Source of the DNA: Spirochaetia bacterium
Lineage (GTDB): Bacteria; Spirochaetota; Spirochaetia; SZUA-6; Bin103
Length of the DNA stretch: 64,000 nt
Direction: 5' to 3'
Assembly (NCBI GenBank): GCA_965199955.1
Contig: CBDATQ010000001.1
Location: 1,984,001 to 2,048,000 of the forward strand
Positions within the stretch are counted from its first letter, which is position 1; the number at the start of each line of letters is the position of its first letter. A model generated the notes under the pieces. The model saw only the letters and a program-made list of their open reading frames with translations. It had not been told where the DNA came from and searched no databases. The translations under genes and the position numbers were made by a program. This document shows positions 40,687 to 51,582 of this stretch, piece by piece.

Positions 40687-42480
40687 GTGACGCAGCGCGA
40701 ACCGTGGCACGCGGTGGCGACGGACCTGGTGGACGTCGCAGCCGGACGGGCCGCCGCCGACCTGGTGATCCGCGGCGGGCGTTGGGTCAACGTGCTCACG
40801 CGCGAGGCGGTGCCCGGCATGGACATCGCCGTGCGCCGGGGCCGCATCGCCTGCATCGTCGAGGACGCTGGCTACTGCATCGGCGACGGCACCCGCGTGG
40901 TCGAGGCCGAAGGTCGCTTCATGGTGCCTGGCCTGACCGACGGCCACCTGCACGTCGAGAGCAGCATGTGCACGGTCACGGAGTACGTGCGCGCTGTGCT
41001 CCCGCACGGCACCACGGCGATCTTCACCGACCCGCACGAGGTGGCGAACGTCTTCGGCCTCGACGGCGTGCGCATGATGGTGGCCGAGGCGGAGGCCGCG
41101 CCGATACACGTCTTCGTGCAGATGCCCTCCTGCGTGCCGTCCGCGCCGGGGCTGGAGACGCCCGGGGCGCGCATCACGCCGCAGGACGTGCAGGAGGCGA
41201 TGACCTGGCCGGGGATCGTCGGCCTGGGCGAGATGATGAATTTCCCCGGCGTGGTCGCCGGCGATCAGCAGATGCACGCCGAGATGGCCGCCACCATGCG
41301 CGCCGGCAAGACGATCGGCGGCCACTACCCGAGCCTGGAGCTCGACCGGCGCTTTCACGCCTACCTGGCCGGCGGCCCGGCCGACGATCACGAGAACACC
41401 CGGGAGGTGGACGCCGTCGAGCGCGCCCGCCGCGGCATGCGGCCGATGCTGCGGCTCGGTTCGGCCTGGTACGACGTGGCCGCGCAGGTCACAGCCATCA
41501 CGGAGCAGGGGCTCGACCCGCGCCAGTTCATCCTGTGCACGGACGACGTGCACGCCGGCACGCTGGTGGCCGACGGCCACATGGACCGCGTTCTGCGGCA
41601 CGCGATCGGGCTGGGCCTCGACCCCCTGATCGCCTTGCAGATGGCCACCATCAACACCGCACAGAACTTCGGCGTCGAGCGCGATCTGGGATGCCTGGCG
41701 CCGGGGCGCTACGCGGACGTGGTGCTGGTGGAGGACCTCGACGAGTTCGCTGCCGGCACGGTGATCGCCCGCGGCGAGGTGGCGGCGGAGGAGGGGAGGC
41801 TGCTCATCGAGCTGCCGCCCTGGGAGCACGAGGAACGCTTTCGCCGCTCGATCCGCGTGCCGCGGCCGCTGGTCGCCGGCGACTTCGCGGTGGATGCCGG
41901 CGGCCGCACGGGCAGGGTGACCGCCAACGTGATCGGCGTGATCGAGAACCATGCCGCCACCCGCCACCTGACCGCGAACCTGGACGTGCGCGACGGCCGG
42001 GTGCAGCCCGACCCGGCGCAGGACGTGCTGCCGCTGGCCCTGGTGGAGCGCCATCACGGGACCGGCAGGGTCGTGAACGGCTTCGTGCAGGGCTTCGGCT
42101 TCGACGCCGTCTGCGGCGTGGCCACCACCGTCGCCCACGACTGCCACCACCTGCTGGTGACCGGGACCTGCGCCGCGAACATGGCGCAGGCTGCGAACAC
42201 GCTGGTCGACGTCGCCGGCGGCGTCGCCGTGGTGCGCGACGGCACGCTGACCGCCCTGGTCGAGCTGCCGATCGGCGGGCTGATGTCCGACGAGCCGGCC
42301 GGCGTGGTCGCCGAGAAGTCGGCCCGCGTGATGCGGGCGCTCGCTGAGTGCGGCCGCGCGCTCAATAACGGCTACATGCAGCTCAGCCTGCTGGCGCTGG
42401 CGGTGATCCCCGAGCTGCGCATCTCCGACCTGGGCCTGGTCGACGTCTCCCGCTTCACCCACATCCCGGTGCTCGTCTGA
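40687..42480 (+). CDS. ade: Adenine deaminase
   Basis: PGLTDGHLHVESS, DPHEVANV, GEMMNFPG, DHE, CTDD, AHDCHH. Confidence 0.93.
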   Translation: MTQREPWHAVATDLVDVAAGRAAADLVIRGGRWVNVLTREAVPGMDIAVRRGRIACIVEDAGYCIGDGTRVVEAEGRFMVPGLTDGHLHVESSMCTVTEYVRAVLPHGTTAIFTDPHEVANVFGLDGVRMMVAEAEAAPIHVFVQMPSCVPSAPGLETPGARITPQDVQEAMTWPGIVGLGEMMNFPGVVAGDQQMHAEMAATMRAGKTIGGHYPSLELDRRFHAYLAGGPADDHENTREVDAVERARRGMRPMLRLGSAWYDVAAQVTAITEQGLDPRQFILCTDDVHAGTLVADGHMDRVLRHAIGLGLDPLIALQMATINTAQNFGVERDLGCLAPGRYADVVLVEDLDEFAAGTVIARGEVAAEEGRLLIELPPWEHEERFRRSIRVPRPLVAGDFAVDAGGRTGRVTANVIGVIENHAATRHLTANLDVRDGRVQPDPAQDVLPLALVERHHGTGRVVNGFVQGFGFDAVCGVATTVAHDCHHLLVTGTCAANMAQAANTLVDVAGGVAVVRDGTLTALVELPIGGLMSDEPAGVVAEKSARVMRALAECGRALNNGYMQLSLLALAVIPELRISDLGLVDVSRFTHIPVLV

Positions 42481-42494
42481 CGCCTCCTCCCGCG

Positions 42495-43790
42495 TCACAT
42501 GCCCCAGACCGTGACCGGCGCGCCGTCTCCGGACGGTGGACGGCGGAAGATCTTCTCCTCCCAGGTCCGCTCCGGCGGACGGTCGAACACGATCAGGTGG
42601 CCCGCCTCGGCCTCGCACCGGTCCACGTAGACGCGGGTCTGCTTCAGCCCCTCCGCGACGGCCCGCTCCAGCTCGCCGCGCCGCACCTTGCACTCCACCA
42701 CGAACCGCCGCTCGCGCCCGCCCTGCGGCCACACGATCAGCAGGTCCGTGCGTCCGCGCCGAGCGCGTACTCCCGCTCGATCCGTCCGCCGCCGCCAGCG
42801 ACCCGCTGCAGGTGCGCCTGCAGCAGCAACTGCGGCCCGGCCTCATGGTAGCGCTCGAAGCGCTGCACCCAGTGCTCGGAGTGCTCCCGGAAGAACGCCT
42901 GGACGCCGCGATCAGCCCCTCCACGTCCAGCCGCCCGTCCGCGCCCACGTACCACGCCACCCGCTGCGGCAACCCCGCCTGCACCGCGTAGTTCAGATGG
43001 CGCGGCACCACTTCGGCGTAGATCGGGTTGGCGATGCGCGGCGTGCCGTCCGCCTCCTGAGCCACCAGCCCCAGGTTGCAGGCGTAGGCGACGTCCTCGG
43101 AGGTCCACGCGTGCCGGTCGGGCGCCGGCCAGGATCGGTTCGATCACCCGCCGCGCGCGCTCCTCGCGCAGCTTGTCCGCCTGGTTGTCGAGGTGGGTCA
43201 CCCGCGCCAGGAGCAGCCGCTCCTGCGCCTCCAGGATCGCCTGATCGGTGATCGGGCGGGAGCGGTCGCGGCCGGCCTTGTCATCGAAGCACGCTTCCCG
43301 GCACAGCGCGTTCACCAGCCATGGCTGCCCGGCGGTGCGTGCCACGATCAGGCGCAACGCCTCCTCCGTGAACGCTTGCCCGGTCGCCGCCGTGTGCTGC
43401 GCCAGCAGCGCCCACACCTCCCGCTCCGAGAAGTCGCCCAGCCGCAGCGACTTGGCCTTGATGTTGAAGGCGCTGCCGCCGAGCACCATGCGGTTCTCGG
43501 CCATCGAGTGGATGCGGTAGTCGCGCACGTCGCGCACCCCGCACAGGACGATGCTGTGCGGGAAGCGCGCCGGCCGGTCGACGTAGCCGGTGCGCAACTG
43601 CCGCAGCACGGCCAGCAGGGTGTCCCCCACCAGCGCGTCGATCTCGTCGATCAGCAACACCAGCGGACGCGGGTCGGCCATGCTCCAACGCAGCAACGCG
43701 CGCCACAGCACCTTGCCCGGGCCCACTCGCTCCAGCACTCCGGGCCAGACATCCTCCAGCGACTCGTCGCCTAGATTCACGCTTGCCTGC
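42495..43790 (-). pseudogene. AAA-family ATPase with C-terminal PD-(D/E)xK-like tail; 5'-truncated and frameshifted
   Basis: LVLLIDEIDALVGD, GGSAFNIK, GQPWLVN, IANPIYAE, RIEREYALG, VVECK, GHLIVFDR; no Walker A seen. Confidence 0.7.
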
Positions 43791-43945
43791 AGCGCCAGTT
43801 CGGTGTGGGTCGAAGTCGATGAGACCCACCAGGGTGTGGTAGCGGCCGCGATGGGAGTAGCTGGTGCGGCCATCATGGTAGCGCGCAGTCCCTTGACCCC
43901 GTGGCAGCATCGGAACATCCTCGCTCACCGAGCGGAGAGAACGAC

Positions 43946-44563
43946 ATGGAACGGGTCTTCGTCTACTGGGACAACTCCAACATATTCATCAGCGCACAAC
44001 AGGTGGCCATCGAGCGCGAGGGGGAAGCGGCCCGGTACCGGACTCGTATCCACTTTCAGAATCTGTTGACACTGGCGTGTGCCGATCGTTCGATCGAGCA
44101 TGCAATCGCCGTCGGCTCCATACCTCCCGAGCTGAGATACGTCTGGAACCGCATGGAGAACGAGGGTGTGACCGTTCAATTGCTCGAACGCGGTGAGATG
44201 CACCACCGGGAACAGGGAGTGGATCAGGCGCTGCAGACGGCGATGCTGCGCGACGCCTTCGATTACAACGGAGATCCCGGTATAGTCGTCATGCTTACGG
44301 GCGACGGCAGCGGGTTCGACGATGGCGTCGGCTTCCACGCGGACCTCGAACGCATGCGACGCCGCGGCTGGCGCGTCGAAGTTCTTTCGTGGCGACACAG
44401 TTGCAACCGCGGCATGCGGAAATGGGCGGAGCAGAATGGTACGTTCATTGCGCTGGACGACCACTACGAGAGTGTGACGTTCCTTGAGCCGCCCGCTCCG
44501 GGCCGGCCGCTTGCGGATCCGCGCGCAGCCACTGCTGTCGACCTTAGCCGGCTTCCCTCATGA
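43946..44563 (+). CDS. NYN-domain (PIN-like) protein
   Basis: VYWDNSNI, EQGVD, LTGDG.....GF, GWRVEVLSW, FIALD. Confidence 0.85.
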   Translation: MERVFVYWDNSNIFISAQQVAIEREGEAARYRTRIHFQNLLTLACADRSIEHAIAVGSIPPELRYVWNRMENEGVTVQLLERGEMHHREQGVDQALQTAMLRDAFDYNGDPGIVVMLTGDGSGFDDGVGFHADLERMRRRGWRVEVLSWRHSCNRGMRKWAEQNGTFIALDDHYESVTFLEPPAPGRPLADPRAATAVDLSRLPS

Positions 44564-44827
44564 GGCGATATGAGCACGGGGTCGCGCAGCCGTGTCGATG
44601 GCGACAGGACCTCCAGCACCTGCGCCAGAGGGCGCAGTAACCGAACGCTCGTGAGATCCACCGGAATATCCCACTGCTCCCGGTCATACGCTACGTGGAC
44701 GCGGCCATGGCTGCCTTTGCCGTGACGCCTTCTGTGCAGTTCCAGGGCATCCGTCTGGTATACGCCCGACCCATGACTGCATGAGCCCGCGACCTCTCCG
44801 CCCTCGTCGCGAGCAATCGCACGACCA

Positions 44828-47146
44828 TTACTCCATGACTCTCACCGCGATGGGCTGATCGGGAGCAATCGGCGTGTCGCGTGCCACGATTCCCCGGTGC
44901 AGGTCGAGCAGGACGCGTTCCGGGGTCATGGGGGCGTCGAGGGTCAGCTCGGCATCGGGGCGGAAGGCCTTCATGGCGTTGCGAAGGGCGAAGAAGACGC
45001 CGATGCCGTACATCAACGGCGGTTCGCCGACCGCCTTGGCTCCGAGCGGGCCGTAGGGGTTGTCCGCAGGCTCCAGGAACTTCACGGCCATGTCGTCGGG
45101 CATGAAGTAGACGTCCGGGGCCTTGTAGGTGGACAGCGCGTGGGACAGGCAACGGCCTTCGGCGTCCCACCGCAGATCCTCCATGGTCATCCAGCCCATG
45201 CCCTGGGCCAGGCCGCCCTCGACCTGGCCCAGGTCCACGGTGGGATTGATGGTGCGGCCGAGGTCGTGGACGATCTTCACTTGGTCGACCGCGTAGGTGC
45301 CGCGCAGGCAGTCGACGGTCACCTCGAACACGGCGGTGCCGTAGACGTGGTAGGCGAAGGGGTGGCCGTGCTCGCGCTCCTCGTCGTAGTGGAGTCCCGG
45401 GGTCGTGTAGTAGCCGTGCGCCGAGAGGCGTTTGCGCGCGCGGTAGGTGAGGCCCACCAGGTCGGTCCAGCTCATGCCCGCAGGCTCGCCGCCGACTCGA
45501 ATCTGCTCATCGGAGACGGTGATCGTGGCCGGGTCGGCGCTCCCGATCTCCCGCGCCGCCACCTCACGCATGCCGTCGAGAATGGCCTCGACGGCGATGA
45601 TCGCCGCGTTGCCGTTCAGGTCGGTGGTGGCGCTGGCGGCGCTCGGCGACATGTTGGCGACCCTGGTGGTATTGGTGCTCTCGACGCGTACCCGCCGCCG
45701 TGAGATGCCGAGGGTGCGCGCCACCACGGAGGCGACGTTGCTGCTGATGCCCTGGCCCATCTCGATGCCGCCGGTGGTCACGCTCACGCTGCCGTCGGCA
45801 TAGACGTGGACCAGGGCGTTGCCCTGGTTGAGGTGGGTCTTGGTGAACGAGATGCCGAAGCAGACCGGCATCAGGGCGCAGCCCTTCTTGATCGCGAAGT
45901 TGTCTCGGTTGAACGCCGTCACCCGCCTGCGGATCCCATCGACGTCGAACGCCAACTCCAGCTCGTCCCAGGTCCGCTCGGCGCGGCTTCGCTCCACGAC
46001 CTGCCCGTAGTGGAAGACGTCGCCGTCGCGCAGCAGGTTGGCGCGCTGGATCGCGGAGGCCTCGATCCCCATCGCGTCGGCGGCCCTGGCGATCGCGGCC
46101 TCGATTACGTACATGCCCTGCGGGCCGCCGAAGCCGCGGAAGGCGGTGTGCGGCTGCAGGTTGGTCCGGCACGGCGCGGCGGTCACGCGCACGTTGGGGA
46201 TGAAATAGGCGTTGGTGGCGTGGAACAGCGTGCGCGCCAGCACCGGCGGCGACAGGTCGGCGAAGGCGCCGGAGTTCTGGAAGAAGGTGGCCTGGTAGGC
46301 AAGGATCCTGCCGTCCGCGGTCAACCCGATCCGGAAGTCGGCGGAGTAGGGATGGCGCTTGCCGGTCATGCGGATGTCGTCCAGCCGGTTCAGCACCAGC
46401 TCTACCGGCGCGTCCAGGTCCGCGGCGGCCAGCGCGGCCATCGCCGCCCAGTGGGTGGCCTGGTCCTCCTTGCCGCCGAAGCCGCCGCCGAGCCGTTTCA
46501 CGTCCACCTCGATCTTGTGCATCGGCCGGCCGAGCACGGCCGACACGACGTGCTGTACCGCTGCCGGCCCCTGGGTGGAGGAGAACACCCGCATCGCTCC
46601 ATCCTCACCGGGCACGGCGCGGGCGCGCTGCGTCTCCAGGTAGAGGTGCTCCTGGCCGCCGATTTCGCAGCGTCCGTCGACCACCACGTCGCAATCGCCC
46701 CAGGCGCCCGCGACGTCGCCGGTCGCCATGGTGCGTGGCGGATGGATCAGGTCGCCGTTCGCGAACGCCTCGCGCGGGTCGACTACCACCGGCAGATCGT
46801 CGATCTCGACCTCGACCAGGTCGCGAGCCTGCCGCGCCTGGTGCGCCGTGCGGGCCACGACAAGGGCGATGGAATGGCCGATGAAGCACACCTCGCGCTC
46901 CACCAGCAGCTCCTCGTCCTCGATGATCGGGCCGAAGCGGTTGACGCCGGGAATGTCGGCGGCGGTGAGCACCGCCACCACGCCGGGTGCGGCGCTCGCC
47001 GCGGCGGTGTCGAGCCGGACGATGGTGCCGTGCGCCTTCGGGGAGCCGACCACCGCGGCGTGCAGCATCCCCGGCGGGGGCGGCACGTCGTCCACGTACT
47101 GCGGCTCGCCGCGCACGTGCAGGTGGGAGTCGATGTGGTGGTTCAC
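44828..47146 (-). CDS. xdhB: Xanthine dehydrogenase molybdopterin subunit
   Basis: GGQEHLYLE, RLGGGFGGKE, AFRGFGGPQG, GQVEGG, KAVGEPP; GTG start overlaps the xdhA stop. Confidence 0.93.
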   Translation of the reverse strand: MNHHIDSHLHVRGEPQYVDDVPPPPGMLHAAVVGSPKAHGTIVRLDTAAASAAPGVVAVLTAADIPGVNRFGPIIEDEELLVEREVCFIGHSIALVVARTAHQARQARDLVEVEIDDLPVVVDPREAFANGDLIHPPRTMATGDVAGAWGDCDVVVDGRCEIGGQEHLYLETQRARAVPGEDGAMRVFSSTQGPAAVQHVVSAVLGRPMHKIEVDVKRLGGGFGGKEDQATHWAAMAALAAADLDAPVELVLNRLDDIRMTGKRHPYSADFRIGLTADGRILAYQATFFQNSGAFADLSPPVLARTLFHATNAYFIPNVRVTAAPCRTNLQPHTAFRGFGGPQGMYVIEAAIARAADAMGIEASAIQRANLLRDGDVFHYGQVVERSRAERTWDELELAFDVDGIRRRVTAFNRDNFAIKKGCALMPVCFGISFTKTHLNQGNALVHVYADGSVSVTTGGIEMGQGISSNVASVVARTLGISRRRVRVESTNTTRVANMSPSAASATTDLNGNAAIIAVEAILDGMREVAAREIGSADPATITVSDEQIRVGGEPAGMSWTDLVGLTYRARKRLSAHGYYTTPGLHYDEEREHGHPFAYHVYGTAVFEVTVDCLRGTYAVDQVKIVHDLGRTINPTVDLGQVEGGLAQGMGWMTMEDLRWDAEGRCLSHALSTYKAPDVYFMPDDMAVKFLEPADNPYGPLGAKAVGEPPLMYGIGVFFALRNAMKAFRPDAELTLDAPMTPERVLLDLHRGIVARDTPIAPDQPIAVRVME

Positions 47147-48588
47147 GACAGGCCCCGGGCGTAGAACGCTTCCACGGCGAAGCGCTCGGGAAACAGGGTC
47201 ACGAAATGGGCGATCAGCAATTGCCGCGCCAGCAGGCGCTTGTATTCGGCCGAGCCGCGCACGTCCGTGATCGGCGCGATCTCCTGCTGGGACATGCGCA
47301 CGGCCTCCCACGCCGTTTCCAGGTCCAGGGCGCGGCCGCGCAGCGCCTGCGAGGTCTCGCGCAGGTAGAGCGGGATGGGCGCCACGCCGCCCAGGCTGAG
47401 GTGCGCGTCGGCGATGGTGTCCCCGGTGCAGCGGATCGAGCAGGCGCTGTTGACCGACGCGATGTCCAGGCAGGTCCGCTTGGAGACCTTTTCGAAATTG
47501 ACCTGGGCGGCGGCCGGATCGGCGAACGCCACCTCGGTGAGCAACTCGCCGGGCCGCAGGTCCATCTGCTTGTAGCCGCGGTAGAACTCCCGCAGCGGGA
47601 CCGATCGCCGCGTGCCGCCGTCGTCCAGCACGACGCGCGCGTCCAGGGCCAGCAGGAGGGCGGTGAAGTCCCCGATCGGGGAGGCGTTGACGATGTTGCC
47701 GGCCAGGGTGGCGCGGTTGCGGATCTGCCAGGAGGCGATGAGGTGGTTGAACGCCCCGATGCGGGGCAGCGCCTCGACGACGCGCGGGTCGGCGCCGAAC
47801 TCCTCGAAGGTGGTGAGCGCGCCGACGCGGAGCTCGCCATCGCGGACGCGAATGCGTTTGAGCGCCGGCCGCCGGTTGAGCACCTCGACGCGGCGGTCCG
47901 GGATTTCCTCGCCCTGTTGCACGTACAGGTCGGTGCCGCCGGCGATGCGCACCTCCGGCTCTGCATCGGCGTCGGGTGCAGGTGTCTCTTCCTGCAGCGC
48001 CCGCAACCGCTCCGGGATGGTCGTGAAGTACGCGGGGATCGCTCCCGCCGCGGCCATCGTCATTACTCGATCGCCGCCGGTCCCGTCGAGCCGGCTGCCG
48101 ATCCGGCGGGCCAGCGTGTCGGCGCAGTCCTTCAGCGAGCGGTAGCCGGTGCATCTGCACAGGTGGCCGCTCAGGGCGTATTTCACGTTTTCGAGGGAGA
48201 GCCCCCTGGTTGCGTCCAGCATCAGCCCGTGCAGGGACACCACGATGCCGGGCGTGCAGAACCCGCACTGCGTGCCGCCGTGCTCGACGACGGCCTCCTG
48301 CGCGGGGGTGAGCCCGGCTTCCAGGTTGCACCCCTCGATCGTGACCACGTGCCGGCCGTGCACTTCCGCCAGCGGCACCAGGCAAGAGGTGACCGGCTGG
48401 TAGCGGACCGCGTCGCCTGCAAGCTCTCCTATCAGGACGGCGCAGGCGCCGCAGTCGCCCTCCTTGCAGCCTTCCTTGGTGCCGGTCAGCCGCTCGCGAT
48501 TCCGCAGGAAGTCCAGCAGCAGCAGCCCCGCCGGCAAGGACGTCTCCATCAGCCGGTCGTTGAGAATGAACCGAGTGCTCGGCGCCAT
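47143..48588 (-). CDS. xdhA: Xanthine dehydrogenase small subunit (2Fe-2S + FAD)
   Basis: TKEGCKEGDCGAC, QCGFCTPG, CRCTGY, AGGTD, IRNRATLAGN. Confidence 0.93.
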   Translation of the reverse strand: MAPSTRFILNDRLMETSLPAGLLLLDFLRNRERLTGTKEGCKEGDCGACAVLIGELAGDAVRYQPVTSCLVPLAEVHGRHVVTIEGCNLEAGLTPAQEAVVEHGGTQCGFCTPGIVVSLHGLMLDATRGLSLENVKYALSGHLCRCTGYRSLKDCADTLARRIGSRLDGTGGDRVMTMAAAGAIPAYFTTIPERLRALQEETPAPDADAEPEVRIAGGTDLYVQQGEEIPDRRVEVLNRRPALKRIRVRDGELRVGALTTFEEFGADPRVVEALPRIGAFNHLIASWQIRNRATLAGNIVNASPIGDFTALLLALDARVVLDDGGTRRSVPLREFYRGYKQMDLRPGELLTEVAFADPAAAQVNFEKVSKRTCLDIASVNSACSIRCTGDTIADAHLSLGGVAPIPLYLRETSQALRGRALDLETAWEAVRMSQQEIAPITDVRGSAEYKRLLARQLLIAHFVTLFPERFAVEAFYARGLS

Positions 48589-48594
48589 CGCCTG

Positions 48595-49560
48595 CTACCG
48601 GCGGTTGCGCTCGCGAAGGATCTGCGCGGCGATGCTGATGGCGATCTCCTCCGGCGTCTGGCTGCCGATGTCCAGACCCACCGGAGCGTGGATGCGCTCG
48701 ATCGTCTCCGGGGAGACCCCTTCCTCCCGCAGGAGGGAGAATATCCGCTCGATCTTCTTCTTGCCGCCCATCAAGCCGACGAACGGGCAGGGCAGGGCCG
48801 TGACGCCGAGGAGGGCGCGTACGTCGGTACGGTAGTCGGCGGTCATCACCACCACGGCGGTGGACTCTGGATGGGCGATCGAGGGTCCTGCTTGGTCGTA
48901 GTCCCTGACGATGGAAAGGCCACCGACCACGGTCTCGTGGTCTCGGCTGACCACGTTCGTGCGGGTGTCGAAGACCCGCACCCGGTAGCCCAGTGGCGAC
49001 ATCACTTCTCCCAGCGCCGCTGCGCAGTGGCCGCCGCCGACGATCGCGAGGCGGCGCCGATTGAGGAGGTCCTCCCGGTACCGCCAGGCGCCATGCGCCT
49101 CCGTGAAGGTGACGCGCGGCGCGTCGAAGCCGGCTCCGATCTCCGCCAGCCGCAGGCCGGCGTCGTCGATCTCGATCCAGCCGCTCTGATCGTGTCGGAC
49201 TCTGTCCACGATGGTGCGCACGCTGGCCAGGTCGCGTGGTCCGTCCAGCACGCAGAAGATGTTGGTCTGGCTTCCCTCGCAGATCAGGCCGGATTGATCA
49301 CCGGACGCTTTCTCACTATGCACCAGCGTCTGCTTCGCCGGCCGATAGTTGCCGCACTGCAGCAGCGCCCTCGCTTGGTCGACCAAACGGTGCTCCATGG
49401 CACCACCACCGATCGTGCCGAACAGCTCTCCCGAATCGGCGACCAGCAGCTTGGCGCCCGTGGTCCCAGGTGAGCCGCGGGTATGTGCGGCCACGCAGGC
49501 GACGAACACCCGGCTGCCCGAACCGAGGTGCCCGTGAACCCGCTCCCAGAACGCGATCAT
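48595..49560 (-). CDS. xdhC: Xanthine dehydrogenase accessory protein
   Basis: GSPG, GTIGGG, CEG, GGGH, HAPVGLDIGSQTPEEIAISI. Confidence 0.92.
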   Translation of the reverse strand: MIAFWERVHGHLGSGSRVFVACVAAHTRGSPGTTGAKLLVADSGELFGTIGGGAMEHRLVDQARALLQCGNYRPAKQTLVHSEKASGDQSGLICEGSQTNIFCVLDGPRDLASVRTIVDRVRHDQSGWIEIDDAGLRLAEIGAGFDAPRVTFTEAHGAWRYREDLLNRRRLAIVGGGHCAAALGEVMSPLGYRVRVFDTRTNVVSRDHETVVGGLSIVRDYDQAGPSIAHPESTAVVVMTADYRTDVRALLGVTALPCPFVGLMGGKKKIERIFSLLREEGVSPETIERIHAPVGLDIGSQTPEEIAISIAAQILRERNRR

Positions 49561-49669
49561 GTCTTCAGCTTAAGGAGGTCGCCCCACCTCGTCACGCTGT
49601 CCTGCGCGGCGGTGTGGATTCGGGGGCGGAGCAGGACAGACGGATGTGCGAGCGAGTAGGATCAAAACC

Positions 49670-49867
49670 ATGGCGTTGACCGAACCCCGTTTCGTCCTTG
49701 ATGAAGCCGGCAACAAGGTTGCCGTCGTGCTGCCGATCGATGTCTACGAAGAGCTCGTCGAACAGCTCGAGCAGCAGGACGACCTCAAGGCGATCGAAGA
49801 AGCGATGCAGGACTCGGAACAGATCCCCTGGGAGCAGGTCAAGACGGAGCTCGGTGTATCGGATTGA
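49670..49867 (+). CDS. Putative antitoxin (RelB/Phd-like)
   Basis: G.KVAVVLPI.VYEEL...IPWEQVK.ELG; overlaps the downstream RelE-like gene. Confidence 0.75.
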   Translation: MALTEPRFVLDEAGNKVAVVLPIDVYEELVEQLEQQDDLKAIEEAMQDSEQIPWEQVKTELGVSD

Positions 49868-50104
49868 ATTCGTGCCAGCGGCACGGCGCGACCTCAAGCG
49901 CATCAACGATCCCCTCAGGACACGGATTGTCACAGCGATCGATGCTCTGAGCACCAACCCTCGGCCATCGGGATGCCGCAAGCTGGCAGGCCGCCATTCT
50001 GGCGCATTCGCGTTCAGGACTACCGCATCATCTATCAGATCGTCGATGACAGGCTGCTCGTGACCGTGATTCGCGTCCGCCATCGGCGATCCGTTTACCG
50101 CTGA
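49854..50104 (+). pseudogene. RelE/ParE toxin, frameshifted
   Basis: YRIEF..AARRDL...NPRPSGCRKLAG, then WRIRVQDYRIIY...VRHRRSVY in another frame (251 nt in total). Confidence 0.75.
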
Positions 50105-50116
50105 GCTCCTTCAAGC

Positions 50117-50832
50117 CTACACGCCGAGCCACGTCGCCCTGACGTCGGGACTCCGGTCAAGCTCCGCCGCGGTGCCGTGCCAGCGGATGCGGCCCTTGCC
50201 GAGCACGTAGACGTGCTCGGCAAGCCCGATGGCGAACGGGTAGTTCTGCTCCACCAGCAGCATCGTCATGCCGGCCGCCCGCAGGTCGTGGACGATTCCG
50301 GCGATGCGCTCGACGACGATCGGCGCCAGCCCCTCGGTCGGCTCGTCCAGGATCAGCAGGCGCGGTGACAGGGTGATGGCGCGCGCGATGGCCAGCATCT
50401 GCTGCTCGCCGCCGCTCAGCTCGTTGCCGCGGTTGCGGCGCCGCTCGGCCAGCAGGGGGAACCGCTCGTAGAGGTCCTCCACCGGGACGCGGTGGCGGCC
50501 GGTGCCCCGACGCCGGTTCCGGTTTAGGTTCAGGTGCTCGTCCACCGTGAGCGAGGCGAAGATGCCGCGCTCCTCGGGTACATAGCTGACTCCCCGCCGC
50601 GCGACGCGATGCGGCGGCAGGCGCTCGATCGCCTCGCCAGCGAACCGGATGGTGCCGCGCGCCGCGGCGGCGATGCCCATGATCGACTTGAGCGCGGTCG
50701 ACTTTCCTGCGCCGTTGCGTCCGAGCAGCGCGACGACACTGCCGCCCGCCACCTCCAGCGACACGTTCTGCAGGACGTGGCTTCGCCCGTAGTAGGTGTC
50801 CACCCCCTCCATGGACAGCAGCGGGTCCGCCA

Positions 50833-50833
<1 letters not shown>
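50117..50833 (-). CDS. livF: Liv-type ABC ATP-binding protein
   Basis: GRNGAGKS, LSGGEQQMLAI, DEPTEGLAP, VEQN. Confidence 0.88.

Positions 50834-51578
<745 letters not shown>

Positions 51579-51582
<4 letters not shown>

Noticed and set aside
39733..42480. 915-aa ORF as a long adenine deaminase fusion
   Set aside because: The N-terminal extension overlaps guaD and the ABM gene out of frame; homology starts at 40687.
43800..43900. Possible relaxase-like peptide (YHDGRTSYSHRG) at the AAA/NYN junction
   Set aside because: Only a vague resemblance; no HUH motif or oriT is visible.
44828..48385. 1185-aa ORF as an extended or fused XdhB
   Set aside because: The upstream part is an off-frame shadow of xdhA; the real start is the GTG at 47146.
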